From assembly GCA_047639735.1 (NCBI GenBank), contig JBLIOK010000001.1:1-42887 (forward strand): a stretch of DNA of 42,887 nucleotides. Reading direction: 5' to 3'. Source of the DNA: Candidatus Krumholzibacteriia bacterium (GTDB taxonomy: Bacteria; Krumholzibacteriota; Krumholzibacteriia; LZORAL124-64-63). Of the stretch, positions 1-10,010 are shown piece by piece. The position numbers were made by a program, and so were the translations under genes. The notes under the pieces were generated by a model. It saw nothing but the letters and a program-made list of their open reading frames with translations, had not been told where the DNA came from and searched no databases. Positions within the stretch are counted from its first letter, which is position 1. The number at the start of each line of letters is the position of its first letter.

Positions 1-176
1 TGAATCGAAGTCTATTGGGACATCCTAACATAACTAGGGCCAGTTGTTGATAGGATCCGGACTATTGCGACTTCGTGCGCCAACTGTAATTTTGTGCAAT
101 CTCCAATATCTTGTCGGTATTTCCTGGCTTTCTCGCGTCTTCTTATAAGGCAGACACTACCCGCAAGGAGATTTCC

Positions 177-3100
177 ATGTTCCGTCCAAGCGCAATCGTA
201 CTCATTATCGTCTCAATATTAGCGACTTCAGTCAGCGCCAAAGGTATTCACGAGCGACTTGTTATCAGAGATGCCGGTGCCGAATCAGAACTCGAGCTGA
301 AATCGGAGTTCGGCCCTCAGGTGGACACGATCCTGGGCGACTTTAATTTTGACGGCGTGGGCGGCGCTCTCGATCCTCAGGGATGGACCGGCGTCGACGC
401 ATGGGCTCAAACCGATACGTTTTTCCGTATCGAAGATTTTGCAGGCATGGGAGGAAGTTATGCTCCCCTCAACGGGGCCGTGTCCCTTTGGTGTGGACGC
501 CGGGCCGATCCCACCGACGATCCCGCCTCTAACTATCCCGGCTATGGCAACTTGTGGGTGCAAGATTTCACGTCCCAACCGCACTCATTTATTGGTTCGG
601 GGTCGGTCAATCTCTCTTACCAATACCGTATTGATCTCGAATTCGATTTCGACTTTCTCTACGTCCAATATCAAGGCACGAGCGGCGTTTGGCGCACTTT
701 GGCTACTCATACTGGAATAGGGGCAGATCAAACAAGCGTCACCGCACCGGCCGACAGCCTGTCAAATATGGTGCGGTTCCGTTTTGTCCTGGAAACCGAC
801 CATACCGAGTCTGACGAAGATGGATTGTATGATTCTTCCGGCGCCGTCATTTTGGACGATTTAGTAATCACAGGTCCTGGCTTCTTCGAAGAGATGAACT
901 TTGAAGGGCAATCCATTGGCGAGACCGTCACTTCAAATGATGAATGGCAGGCGCAACAAAACAGTCCCTTCGGAAGCTACGCGGGCTTGTCTTCGGGGTC
1001 CGATATTTTACAAGAGGATCCTGTCTACACTAATACCACCGGACTATGGGCATTTATTCAAGGGTCATCAGATTTGTGCACCAGCTATGGGAATCAAATT
1101 GTCGTACCAAATGGCCGCAACCTGCCAAGCGATCTGTCGAGCGACCATATTTCAAACGAAATCGTTTCACCGGAAATGAGCCTGCTCGAAGATGTGGACG
1201 GCAACCCAATTGTGAATCCGCCTGGAACCGTCATCCTCTCTTTTGAGATCTATAACGATCTCGACATAGACGCCCAAGTCTTTTACGGCGTTCAAACTCG
1301 GTACCGCATTAACGACACCTTAACTCCTTGGGATAATAACGGTTACATCTACTACAGCGACACCAAAACCTGGAGCAAACCAACACACGAATACACGCCA
1401 CCGCCAGGTGCGACAAGCATTCAGGTTGGCTTCACTTGCCGAGATTATTGCCCAGTGGCGGAACTTTGTGACGGATCCACTTGCCACAGCCAAGCCCCTC
1501 TATTCGATAATGTCAAAGTGGTGATCCCCCAAACCACAATCGTCGTGACCAACAACGCCGACTCGGGACCGGGCTCATTGCGGGCGGCCATCACCGAAGC
1601 TAATCTTCTGCCCAATCACGATCGCATCACCTTCGACATCACAGGCTCAAGCATCATAGAACCCCTCTCAGTTTTGCCTCATCTTTTTTACCCCGTGGAA
1701 ATTGACGGAACGAGCCAAGGCAACTATGGAATCGAGCCTCTCATCGAAATCGATGGTGGTTTGTACAACTCTGTTTCACCCGCTTTCACACTCCGTGATT
1801 CTTGTTCAATCCGTGGTTTGGCGATTTATGATTTCCCTCAAAACGCCGTCCGTCTCGACGGAAATGATTGTGTCATTGAGGCCTGCCACATTGGTCGCAG
1901 TCCATACTCAGAAGCAGCCCCAGGCAACGGAAATTACGGTATATTCGTTGAAGACAACGCCCTCAACAGCCGTATCGGGGGGACTTGGCCAGGCCAGGGG
2001 AATGTGATCACCGGGCACCCAGTGCGCGGTATTGTCGTCCATGGTTATGGCCACGCCATAAGAGGCAATTCCATTTACAACAACGGCCTATCAGGTATCG
2101 ATCTTGGCGAAAACTTGATCACTGGTAACGATTTTATGGATCAAGATGGCGGGCCAAACGGTCAACAAAATTTTCCAACCGTCATTCACGTTGACGCGGC
2201 GACGGGCACCATTGAAGCTCTGTTGTATTCTGCGCCGAATGAAGCCTTTGAAATCGACCTGTTTCTCAATACAAACTGTTCGCTGACCAACCACGGCGAG
2301 GGCCAGACCTATCTTGGCAGCCAAACGGTCCAAGCCAATAGTCGGGGTCGCGCGTACTTGCGTTTCAACACACCCTTAACGCTCATACCAGGCCGCTATA
2401 TCACGGCCACGGCGACTGATCAAAGCAACAACACGTCCGAATTTTCGGTATGCTTTGAAATCCCGCCGGTTTACGTAGTGACCACCCCTAACGACAATGC
2501 TGTTGGTTCTTTGCGCGAAGCCATCACCGCCGCAAATGCGGACGGTGTACCGAGCGCAATCAGCTTCAACTTACCGGTGGTAGGCTCACATTTATTCACC
2601 TTAACCGGACCACTACCGGACCTGACCGAATCCGTTGTCATCGACGGTTATTCCCAACCAGGCGCCAGCCAAAATACGAGTTCAATCGACGAAGGGTTGG
2701 ATACAAACATCATCCTCACTTTGTTTGGCGGCGGACAACTGCCCATGAATGGCTTCAATGTTTTGGCTGACAATTGCCGTATTCAAGGGTTCAGCATTGT
2801 CGGCTTTAACGGAAACGGAATCCGCATCGAGGCCAGCAATACCGATGTCTGGGGCTGCTTCATTGGAGTGCGGGCCAACGGCGTCGAAGGACTGACCAAC
2901 AGTCTGGCCGGAATTCGCATCGATGATTTGCAACAAGAATTCAGCGTCAACTATATTGGCGGCGAATTTCCCAGCCAACGCAATCTGATTTCGGCGAATA
3001 TTGGAGCCGGTGTATTGGTCCTAGACCAGCGCGTGTTGATCACTGGAAATCTGATAGGTACTGATGCTTCAGGATTGGTGGCGTTAGGCAATAATATTGG

Positions 3101-4406
3101 CATTGAAGCGGCCACCGCAGGCGCGACCAATCTCTCCGTTGGTCGCAACCCCCAAATAGATCGCAACGTGATTTCTGGCAACAACCAAGCCGGAGTGCAG
3201 CTCGGCTCAAACTTCGGAATCGTCTCTTATTGTTACATCGGTGTCGGAGTCGACGGAATCACTCCGCTCGGCAATGGAACCGATGGCGTTCGTGTGATCT
3301 CTGGCACCGGTAACCTCATCCGCGGCAGCCACATTCAAAACAACGGTCAATTGGGCATTGATGTCGAAGCTGATGGCGTATCTACGGCTCCGGTCGCCTT
3401 TGAGGCGCCGCCAACCATCACCGGTCTCGACATTGTTCAGAATCAAATTTACGCCAGCTTCAATACATCGATCAATACCCAAGTTCGGGTACAATTCTTC
3501 AGCAACACCACCTGTGACCCCAGTGGTTATGGCGAAGGCCAATATTATCTGGGTGACGTTTTGGTGACGACTAGTGCTAAGGTTGGCAACACTTACTTCG
3601 CCTTTAATTCCCCGATCAGCCTGAGTGAAGGCGCCTTCATTTCGGCAACGGTCGAGCACCCCACTCTCGGCACTTCCGAATTTAGTCAATGCTTTGATAC
3701 CACTAATACTCCGGCTGGATCAAATATTGAAGTGAATATGGGAATCATAGGCAATGAAGCCGCGCTGACATTTGATGACGTCACAACTAGTGGCAGCACC
3801 ACTGCCAGCATGGGTGCATCTGGGCCAGGCGCTCCGGCCGGATTTATATTTGGCGATCCCATTGAATATTGGGAAATCGCGACAACAGCAACATTCACTG
3901 GGGATATAGAAGTCTGTTTGCCCTACGATCCCTCAAACTTCATCGGCGACGAGTCGGAGCTCGTGCTTTTGCATTGGGACAATACGCTCGATCCCCCGGC
4001 TTGGGTTGATATCACCACCAATATCGATACAAGAGGTAACGAAGTCTGTGGCACGACATCACATCTTTCTCCGTTTGTTGTCGCAACAACGGCCTTTGTC
4101 TCAAGTGTCGGCGAAACCGTTCCCATGAACCTGGGAATCAGCGCCGCCGTCCCCAATCCGTTCAATCCCATGACCACGATTCATTATGACGTGCCTGAGA
4201 CCAGTTCTCAGGTGAGCCTCAAAATTTACAATCTCCAGGGCCAGCTCGTTCGTACTCTGGTTAACGGCTACTTAGAAACGGGCCGCCATCAAGCCGTATG
4301 GCAAGGCCGAGATGACGCCGGGCAAAGTGTGGCCTCAGGAGTCTATTTGGTGCGAATAGAGGACGGCCGCGAGCATGTGATGCGCAAAATTGTTCTCGTA
4401 GAGTAG
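177..4406 (+). CDS. Giant secreted surface protein: N-terminal jelly-roll-like region, two tandem modules (CSLREA-like motif, parallel beta-helix, Ig-like cap), C-terminal T9SS/FlgD-Ig-type sorting domain
   Basis: The frame is uninterrupted for 4.2 kb. ATG 177 is preceded by AAGGAG (165-170) and followed by a signal peptide (MFRPSAIVLIIVSILATSVSAKG). The track start TTG 111 looks like a 5' extension. Motifs GSLRAAITEAN and GSLREAITAAN are each followed by Gly/Asn-rich beta-helix turns. Each module closes with ..QNFPTV..GEGQ.YLG..ATATD..NTSEFS.C or ..GYGEGQYYLG..GTSEFSQC. The C-terminus ..NPFNPMTTIHYD..LKIYNLQGQLVRTLV..GVYLVRIE is the sorting-domain signature. Confidence 0.8.
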   Translation: MFRPSAIVLIIVSILATSVSAKGIHERLVIRDAGAESELELKSEFGPQVDTILGDFNFDGVGGALDPQGWTGVDAWAQTDTFFRIEDFAGMGGSYAPLNGAVSLWCGRRADPTDDPASNYPGYGNLWVQDFTSQPHSFIGSGSVNLSYQYRIDLEFDFDFLYVQYQGTSGVWRTLATHTGIGADQTSVTAPADSLSNMVRFRFVLETDHTESDEDGLYDSSGAVILDDLVITGPGFFEEMNFEGQSIGETVTSNDEWQAQQNSPFGSYAGLSSGSDILQEDPVYTNTTGLWAFIQGSSDLCTSYGNQIVVPNGRNLPSDLSSDHISNEIVSPEMSLLEDVDGNPIVNPPGTVILSFEIYNDLDIDAQVFYGVQTRYRINDTLTPWDNNGYIYYSDTKTWSKPTHEYTPPPGATSIQVGFTCRDYCPVAELCDGSTCHSQAPLFDNVKVVIPQTTIVVTNNADSGPGSLRAAITEANLLPNHDRITFDITGSSIIEPLSVLPHLFYPVEIDGTSQGNYGIEPLIEIDGGLYNSVSPAFTLRDSCSIRGLAIYDFPQNAVRLDGNDCVIEACHIGRSPYSEAAPGNGNYGIFVEDNALNSRIGGTWPGQGNVITGHPVRGIVVHGYGHAIRGNSIYNNGLSGIDLGENLITGNDFMDQDGGPNGQQNFPTVIHVDAATGTIEALLYSAPNEAFEIDLFLNTNCSLTNHGEGQTYLGSQTVQANSRGRAYLRFNTPLTLIPGRYITATATDQSNNTSEFSVCFEIPPVYVVTTPNDNAVGSLREAITAANADGVPSAISFNLPVVGSHLFTLTGPLPDLTESVVIDGYSQPGASQNTSSIDEGLDTNIILTLFGGGQLPMNGFNVLADNCRIQGFSIVGFNGNGIRIEASNTDVWGCFIGVRANGVEGLTNSLAGIRIDDLQQEFSVNYIGGEFPSQRNLISANIGAGVLVLDQRVLITGNLIGTDASGLVALGNNIGIEAATAGATNLSVGRNPQIDRNVISGNNQAGVQLGSNFGIVSYCYIGVGVDGITPLGNGTDGVRVISGTGNLIRGSHIQNNGQLGIDVEADGVSTAPVAFEAPPTITGLDIVQNQIYASFNTSINTQVRVQFFSNTTCDPSGYGEGQYYLGDVLVTTSAKVGNTYFAFNSPISLSEGAFISATVEHPTLGTSEFSQCFDTTNTPAGSNIEVNMGIIGNEAALTFDDVTTSGSTTASMGASGPGAPAGFIFGDPIEYWEIATTATFTGDIEVCLPYDPSNFIGDESELVLLHWDNTLDPPAWVDITTNIDTRGNEVCGTTSHLSPFVVATTAFVSSVGETVPMNLGISAAVPNPFNPMTTIHYDVPETSSQVSLKIYNLQGQLVRTLVNGYLETGRHQAVWQGRDDAGQSVASGVYLVRIEDGREHVMRKIVLVE

Positions 4407-4434
4407 TGTATCCAGACAGAAAGTTACCCTAGAA

Positions 4435-4471
4435 GCGGACGCTCTTGCGCAATGTACAGGAGAGCGTTCGC
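4435..4471 (+). terminator. Stem-loop 29 nt after the giant surface-protein gene (no U-tract)
   Basis: GCGGACGCTCT (4435-4445) pairs with AGAGCGTTCGC (4461-4471). This gives 11 bp including one G.U, with a 15-nt loop and no T run afterwards. Confidence 0.3.
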
Positions 4472-4682
4472 AACCATGCCTGCCTCCCCCTTAAGTCGGC
4501 ACAACCTTTGCTTATTCAATGAGATACAGGCTCAATGGCGCCCCGTTAGGCGGATTCAACGCATATGACGCCTCTCGTGACAGGACGAGTCAGATTTTGT
4601 ATCAATCATATGGGCGATCTTGGGCCAGCTGGAGCTGGGATTATGATCACCTACCGACGCCACCCAAAGGGTAAAACAGCGC

Positions 4683-6029
4683 ATGAGCCGGCAAAAACGG
4701 CAGGAAAAACGGGCCAAACCCGGGGATCACAAGATTCTTGAGACCAACTCTGCGCCAGATTTCACGCCGGGTATCGATATCATTGACCGCGTCTGGCGGT
4801 CACCCTACGCCTTTGGCGACCTCAGTATAATTCAGGCGATGGGCACTCCACGAGGCTCCTACACTGCGCATATTGGTTCACTGGAAGAGCTGATGGAACG
4901 CGATAAGCAACGCGAAGAAGATGGCTTCCCACGCAAGATCCGCATTGGCAAATTGGTGAAGCCTAGTCGCGGCGGTCAAAATAAAGTTGTCGTGGTTCCC
5001 AGCACGGTTGAAGAAAAATTCATCCACGATCCCAATTTCTTACAAGATCCCGATGGCGAAGGCATTGGCGGCAGCGGCGACGGCGCCGAAGGCGAAGTCA
5101 TCGGCGAACAACCTGTACGCCCCCAAGAAGGCGAAGGCGAAGGCACGGGCCCCGGCAAAGGCGACGCCAGCAATCACGAATTGGAATCCAACGCCTACGA
5201 TCTGGGTAAAATACTGACTGAACAATTTGCTTTGCCCAATTTACAAGACAAAGGCAAGAAGCGTTCGCTCACGCGAGTTTCCTACGATCTCACGGACCGC
5301 AACCGCGGTACCGGACAACTGCTCGACAAACGGGCCACCTTGCGACAAATCGTGAGGACGAACATTGCCCTTGGTCGCTTGAACCCTGAAGAAGAATTCG
5401 ACACCAGTGAATTTCTGGTTTCGCCGCGCGATAAGATCTACCGCATCTTGTCTCCCGAAAAAGACCTCGAATCCCAAGCCATGGTCTTCTTTCTACGAGA
5501 TTATTCGGGATCTATGAGCGGCAAGCCTACTGAAGTGATCGTCAACCAACACGTGATGATCTACAGCTGGATCATGTACCAATATGCTGGCCAAGTGGAG
5601 TCGCGGTTTATCCTCCACGATACCGAAGCCAAAGAAGTTGACGACTTTTACACCTATTACAACAGCCGAGTTGCCGGCGGAACCAAAGTTGCTGCGGCTT
5701 TTACCCTAGTGAACGAAATCGTCAAACGCGAAAACTTGGCCCGCGATTTCAATATATATGTCTTCCACGGCACAGACGGCGATGACTGGGATACCGAAGG
5801 CGAAGAGTCACTACCAGAAATTGAGAAGATGATGACCTACGCCTCGCGCATTGGCGTCACCATCGCTGAAAACAGCTACGGCAGTTCAGGCAATACGGAA
5901 GTCGAAAAGTATTTGAAAGGCTCGGGCCTGTTAGAGAAGAAACGTAACCTGATCCGGCTGGACGTCATGAATGAAAGCGCGGAAGAGCCGCGCATCATTC
6001 AAGGCATAAAATCATTGATTAGCGAGTGA
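4683..6029 (+). CDS. yeaH: YeaH/YhbH family protein (DUF444, vWA-like)
   Basis: Basic N-terminus. Acidic Gly/Glu loop (GEGIGGSGDGAEGEV..EGEGEGTGPGKGD). MIDAS-like DYSGSMSG. ..FHGTDGDDWD near the C-terminus. The stop lies 9 nt before the SpoVR-family gene. Confidence 0.85.
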   Translation: MSRQKRQEKRAKPGDHKILETNSAPDFTPGIDIIDRVWRSPYAFGDLSIIQAMGTPRGSYTAHIGSLEELMERDKQREEDGFPRKIRIGKLVKPSRGGQNKVVVVPSTVEEKFIHDPNFLQDPDGEGIGGSGDGAEGEVIGEQPVRPQEGEGEGTGPGKGDASNHELESNAYDLGKILTEQFALPNLQDKGKKRSLTRVSYDLTDRNRGTGQLLDKRATLRQIVRTNIALGRLNPEEEFDTSEFLVSPRDKIYRILSPEKDLESQAMVFFLRDYSGSMSGKPTEVIVNQHVMIYSWIMYQYAGQVESRFILHDTEAKEVDDFYTYYNSRVAGGTKVAAAFTLVNEIVKRENLARDFNIYVFHGTDGDDWDTEGEESLPEIEKMMTYASRIGVTIAENSYGSSGNTEVEKYLKGSGLLEKKRNLIRLDVMNESAEEPRIIQGIKSLISE

Positions 6030-6038
6030 GGGAACCAA

Positions 6039-7688
6039 ATGCAGCTGATTGACCAGCACACCAAAGGAATCATGGAAGGCTGCAAAGAGCGAGCCCGTGA
6101 CGCCGGCCTCACCTTTGACGACGAATCCCTGGAATACGTTGTCACAAACCGAGACATGCTTGAATTGTCACCCAAAGTGATGATCCCCACGATGTACGAC
6201 TATTGGGTCCATGATGTTGAGGTTCTGCATGGCAAAGGCAAGTACGAACTTTACCCGAACAACCCATTTGAAACGGTGATCAACACCCGTCCGGCCATCA
6301 GTTTCTACAACGACAACAATCCCGATTGGTTGAACGTGATGATTTTCTATCACGTTCTTGGGCACATTGATTTCTTCCAGAACAACTTGTATTTCAAGCA
6401 CACCTGGGACGATGATTTCACCGGTCAGGCCCTGGCCGACAAGCGAACAATTGCGCGTTTGCGTTCGGAGAAAGGCCGCTGGGTTGACTACGTCATTGAG
6501 TTCGCTCGCAGCTTAGACAATCAGGTCGACTTTCACGGCGTATTGGCCGATGAACACCGTCCAGCAGGAGCCGCCGTAGGTCGCAGGGTCGACTACTACT
6601 TCGATGTCTTCCTGCAAGAGGTGAAGAAAGTTCGCATCAACGAATATGTTCAAGAAATTGAGCGCTACAACGCCTGCATCAAACAGGACCCGGCTACAGG
6701 AGAAGACTCGTTCTTCCAGCAGGCTAACAGTCGCCACCCCGAATTCAACGCCATGATGGCCAATGCATCAGGTCACACCAAAGAACGCGGCCGAGATATT
6801 CTTCAGTTCCTCATCAACCATTCGGAGTTTCTCGACCGAAACGAAAACCGATGGATGAAGACAATTTTGCAGATCGTGCGCAAGACGTCACTCTACTTTC
6901 AGCCTCAGATCCGTACTAAGATCATGAATGAAGGTTGGGCTAGCTACTGGCACGAAACTCTCTTTATGCGCGATGACCGTATCACCGGCCACGAAGTCGA
7001 TTTTTCTCGAGTCAACGCAGCCGTTACGGCGATGCCCCGCGTCGGCCTTAATCCGTATGCTTTAGGCTTGCGCCTCTTTTACTTTATTGAAGAGGCCGCC
7101 AACAAAGGCCGCTACAGCCAACAATTCCTGTCGCTCCTTGATAGCGAAAAACGACGTAAATTCGACGCTGGTACCGGTACGGGACAAGAGTTCATATTTG
7201 CCGTGCGTGAGAATTTAAACGATTTCCTCTTCGTCAACACCTTCATTGAACAGGATTTTGTCAGGCAGAATAAACTTTTTGTAGCCGACAAGGCCCTTGA
7301 TCAAGACCGCATGGTCTGGCAGTGGTACGTCAAATCCCGCGACGCAGAAGCCTACAAGACCATGGTTAAGGAACAGCTCTATCACCCACCTCACATCACG
7401 GTGGACCTCGCCAAGACAAATGGCCAGGGACTGAATCTGGTTCACCATTTTGAAGGCAAGCCTCTCGTCAAAGACTTCGTTGACAATACAATGTTAGGCT
7501 TGGAATTTCTTTGGGGCGATAAAGTGATACTGGAGACAACCGAAACCAAAGCGGTTAAAAAAACAGACAACAAGCAGCCGCCCTTACCTGGCATGGGCGT
7601 AGGCGAAACCGACGCCCCACCAGAACTCGAATGGCAACGGGTGCGTTACACAATGAAAGACCGCAAACTGAGCAAGGGCATGGTTTGA
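6039..7688 (+). CDS. spoVR: SpoVR/YcgB family protein
   Basis: Family motifs NVMIFYHVLGHIDFFQNN and KIMNEGWASYWHE are present. A GAGGGA SD precedes ATG 6039. The stop at 7686-7688 sits 1 nt before the prkA ATG. Confidence 0.85.
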   Translation: MQLIDQHTKGIMEGCKERARDAGLTFDDESLEYVVTNRDMLELSPKVMIPTMYDYWVHDVEVLHGKGKYELYPNNPFETVINTRPAISFYNDNNPDWLNVMIFYHVLGHIDFFQNNLYFKHTWDDDFTGQALADKRTIARLRSEKGRWVDYVIEFARSLDNQVDFHGVLADEHRPAGAAVGRRVDYYFDVFLQEVKKVRINEYVQEIERYNACIKQDPATGEDSFFQQANSRHPEFNAMMANASGHTKERGRDILQFLINHSEFLDRNENRWMKTILQIVRKTSLYFQPQIRTKIMNEGWASYWHETLFMRDDRITGHEVDFSRVNAAVTAMPRVGLNPYALGLRLFYFIEEAANKGRYSQQFLSLLDSEKRRKFDAGTGTGQEFIFAVRENLNDFLFVNTFIEQDFVRQNKLFVADKALDQDRMVWQWYVKSRDAEAYKTMVKEQLYHPPHITVDLAKTNGQGLNLVHHFEGKPLVKDFVDNTMLGLEFLWGDKVILETTETKAVKKTDNKQPPLPGMGVGETDAPPELEWQRVRYTMKDRKLSKGMV

Positions 7689-7689
7689 C

Positions 7690-9981
7690 ATGAAACACGT
7701 TCGCAAAGCCTTGCGTGATCTTGAAAAGAGCCAAAGAGTTCTCGACCGGACTAAGACCATCACCTTCGAAGAGTTTTTGGAACTGTTGCGCGCAAACCCG
7801 GGACAAATGATCCGTACCGTGCATCAGGTTTTCCACGACATGGTGCAGTCATTTGTCGGGTCGGGTTATGACGAATATCCCGAAGACCCGGAATCTATCA
7901 ACTTTATTTCCTATGACTGCCACGAATTGTTCGTCGCCGGAACCGATCAGCCGTTTTTTGCGGATCGGATTTTTGCCAACCGTTTGATGGGTGTGATCGA
8001 CGGATTCCGAGGCGGCGCGCAACAGAACAAAATCTACATCTTTGACGGACCACCAGGTTGTGGGAAGTCCATTTTTCTGAACAATTTGCTGCGAAAATTT
8101 GAGGAGTATGCCAACAGCCCAGCCGGCATGCGTTATGAAACAGTGTGGCGACTAGATAGTCACCGTCTGGAAGAATTCGGCCTCAACGACGGTTCGACTG
8201 TTCTTGAAAAATTGGCCGGCTTGCTTGAAGGCACTGAAGCGGCCAACAGTTTTGACAACGTACCCGCCTCAAGGCGTCCGCGTATCCACAAAGGCTACCT
8301 GGAAGTCCCCTGCCCGAGCCATGACAACCCCATGTTGATGGTCCCTAAGGACCAGCGAGCAGAATTTTTAGACAACTTGTTTGAGAATGACGAATTCAAA
8401 TGGAATTTGAGTTATGGCAAAGAATACGATTGGGTTTTTCGCGACAAGCCGTGCACGATATGCGCAAGTCTTTACCAAGCCCTGCTCCACAAAGTAGGGG
8501 ATCCAACAGAAGTCTTTGGCATGATACACGCCCGGCCTTACGTGGTGAACCGCCGCTTGGGCGAAGGTGTCAGCGTATTCAACCCCGGCGACCGGGTAAC
8601 ACGACAGCCGGTGATGACCAATCCCCAATTGCAAAAGCGTATCGGAAACCTGCTGCAGGACAGCAATCAAGTGCGCTACATCTTTTCGCGCTATGCCCGC
8701 ACCAACAATGGCGTCTATGCCTTGATGGACATCAAGGGCCACAACAAAGACCGCTTGATGGAACTGCACAACATCATCAGTGATGGTGTACACAAAATTG
8801 ATGAGATCGAAGAGAACGTAAATTCGCTTTTTCTCGGCGTTATGAATCCGGAAGACAACAAAAACATCCGCGGCTTCCAATCGTTATCCGACCGCATTGA
8901 GTTCATCAACATTTCATATGTTCTGGATTCGTCCACTGAGGTCGAAATCTACAAAAACATTTTCGGTCATCACATCGGCGAAATGTTCTTACCGCGAGTG
9001 CTCGAAAACTTTGCCCGGGCGATCATCGCCAGCCGCCTCAACGAGAAATCCCCCGCCATGCTCGACTGGATTGGCGATGCCGACAAGTACGAACGCTACT
9101 GCGACGAAAATTTGCACCTGCTCAAAATGGCGATTTACACCGGCGTCATTCCCGCCTGGCTAGATGAAGAAGATCGCCGGCACTTCACCGCCAAACGCCG
9201 CCGCAAAATCATTGCCGAAGCCGAAACCGAAGGCCACAAGGGATTCAGTGGCCGCGACAGCATCGACATCTTCCATGATTTGTATTCGAACTATGCTCGC
9301 GAGGGCCAACTGATCAACATGGACACCTTGTGCGGATTTTTCTCGCGCGGTCGCCCAGCCCTGGCCAAGCAATTGCCCGAGGGTTTCCTAGACTCCTTGC
9401 GCAACATGTACAACTACCAAATTCTGCAGGAAGTTAAGGAGTCGCTGTATTATTACAACGAGGAACAAATTAGCCGCGACATCAAAAACTACCTCTTCGC
9501 TTTGAGTTTCGAAACCGGCACCAAAGCCGTCAGCACCTATACCGGCGACGAACTGAACATCACCGAAACATTTTTGGCGGGCATCGAGAATCATTTGCTA
9601 GGGCACGATGTTCGCGAAGGCCGCCGTGGTGAGTTCCGCGACGAAACCCAACGTGAATACACATCACGTACGCTGACCCAAGACATCATGATGGATGGCA
9701 AAGATATCAGCGAGACGAACCTCTATGGCGAACTTCACAAACGTTATGTTTATAGCCTAAAAGAGACGGTTCTCGAACCATTCATGGAAAACGAAAACTT
9801 CACCCGCGCCATGAAGGTCTATGGAACCGACGAGTTCCGCACCTATGACGAACGTGTTCAAACGGACGTTTCATTCTTGGTCAATAATCTTACCGAACAG
9901 TTTGGTTATAGCGAGGCAGGCGCGCGCGAGGTGTGCATTTATGTCATCGAGAATGAATTAGCCGAAGTTTTTAAAGACTAG
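7690..9981 (+). CDS. prkA: PrkA family serine protein kinase / AAA-like ATPase (long form, 763 aa)
   Basis: Walker A in ..KIYIFDGPPGCGKSIFLNNLL.., followed by a long PrkA-type C-terminal region. It is third in a tight three-gene operon with the DUF444 and SpoVR genes, the conserved partners of PrkA/YeaG. Confidence 0.85.
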   Translation: MKHVRKALRDLEKSQRVLDRTKTITFEEFLELLRANPGQMIRTVHQVFHDMVQSFVGSGYDEYPEDPESINFISYDCHELFVAGTDQPFFADRIFANRLMGVIDGFRGGAQQNKIYIFDGPPGCGKSIFLNNLLRKFEEYANSPAGMRYETVWRLDSHRLEEFGLNDGSTVLEKLAGLLEGTEAANSFDNVPASRRPRIHKGYLEVPCPSHDNPMLMVPKDQRAEFLDNLFENDEFKWNLSYGKEYDWVFRDKPCTICASLYQALLHKVGDPTEVFGMIHARPYVVNRRLGEGVSVFNPGDRVTRQPVMTNPQLQKRIGNLLQDSNQVRYIFSRYARTNNGVYALMDIKGHNKDRLMELHNIISDGVHKIDEIEENVNSLFLGVMNPEDNKNIRGFQSLSDRIEFINISYVLDSSTEVEIYKNIFGHHIGEMFLPRVLENFARAIIASRLNEKSPAMLDWIGDADKYERYCDENLHLLKMAIYTGVIPAWLDEEDRRHFTAKRRRKIIAEAETEGHKGFSGRDSIDIFHDLYSNYAREGQLINMDTLCGFFSRGRPALAKQLPEGFLDSLRNMYNYQILQEVKESLYYYNEEQISRDIKNYLFALSFETGTKAVSTYTGDELNITETFLAGIENHLLGHDVREGRRGEFRDETQREYTSRTLTQDIMMDGKDISETNLYGELHKRYVYSLKETVLEPFMENENFTRAMKVYGTDEFRTYDERVQTDVSFLVNNLTEQFGYSEAGAREVCIYVIENELAEVFKD

Positions 9982-10010
9982 AAGAGCTCAGGGCGGCACT
10001 ACGCGATCTG

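Noticed and set aside
65-94. Bacteroidota-type promoter TTG-N19-TAATTTTG upstream of the giant surface-protein gene. A TAACTTTG also lies at 40904-40911 (-) before the nuclease ATG.
   Set aside because: Only the first has the -33 TTG. Other upstream regions lack the motif. The strong SD usage and the sigma-70-like arsR element argue against a Bacteroidota-style expression system. Chance matches are likely.
4536-4551. Sigma-54-like TGGCGC-N..-TAGGC upstream of the DUF444 gene.
   Set aside because: The GG-to-GC spacing is off by one, and the -12 element (TTAGGC) departs from TTGCW. It is not supportable by eye.
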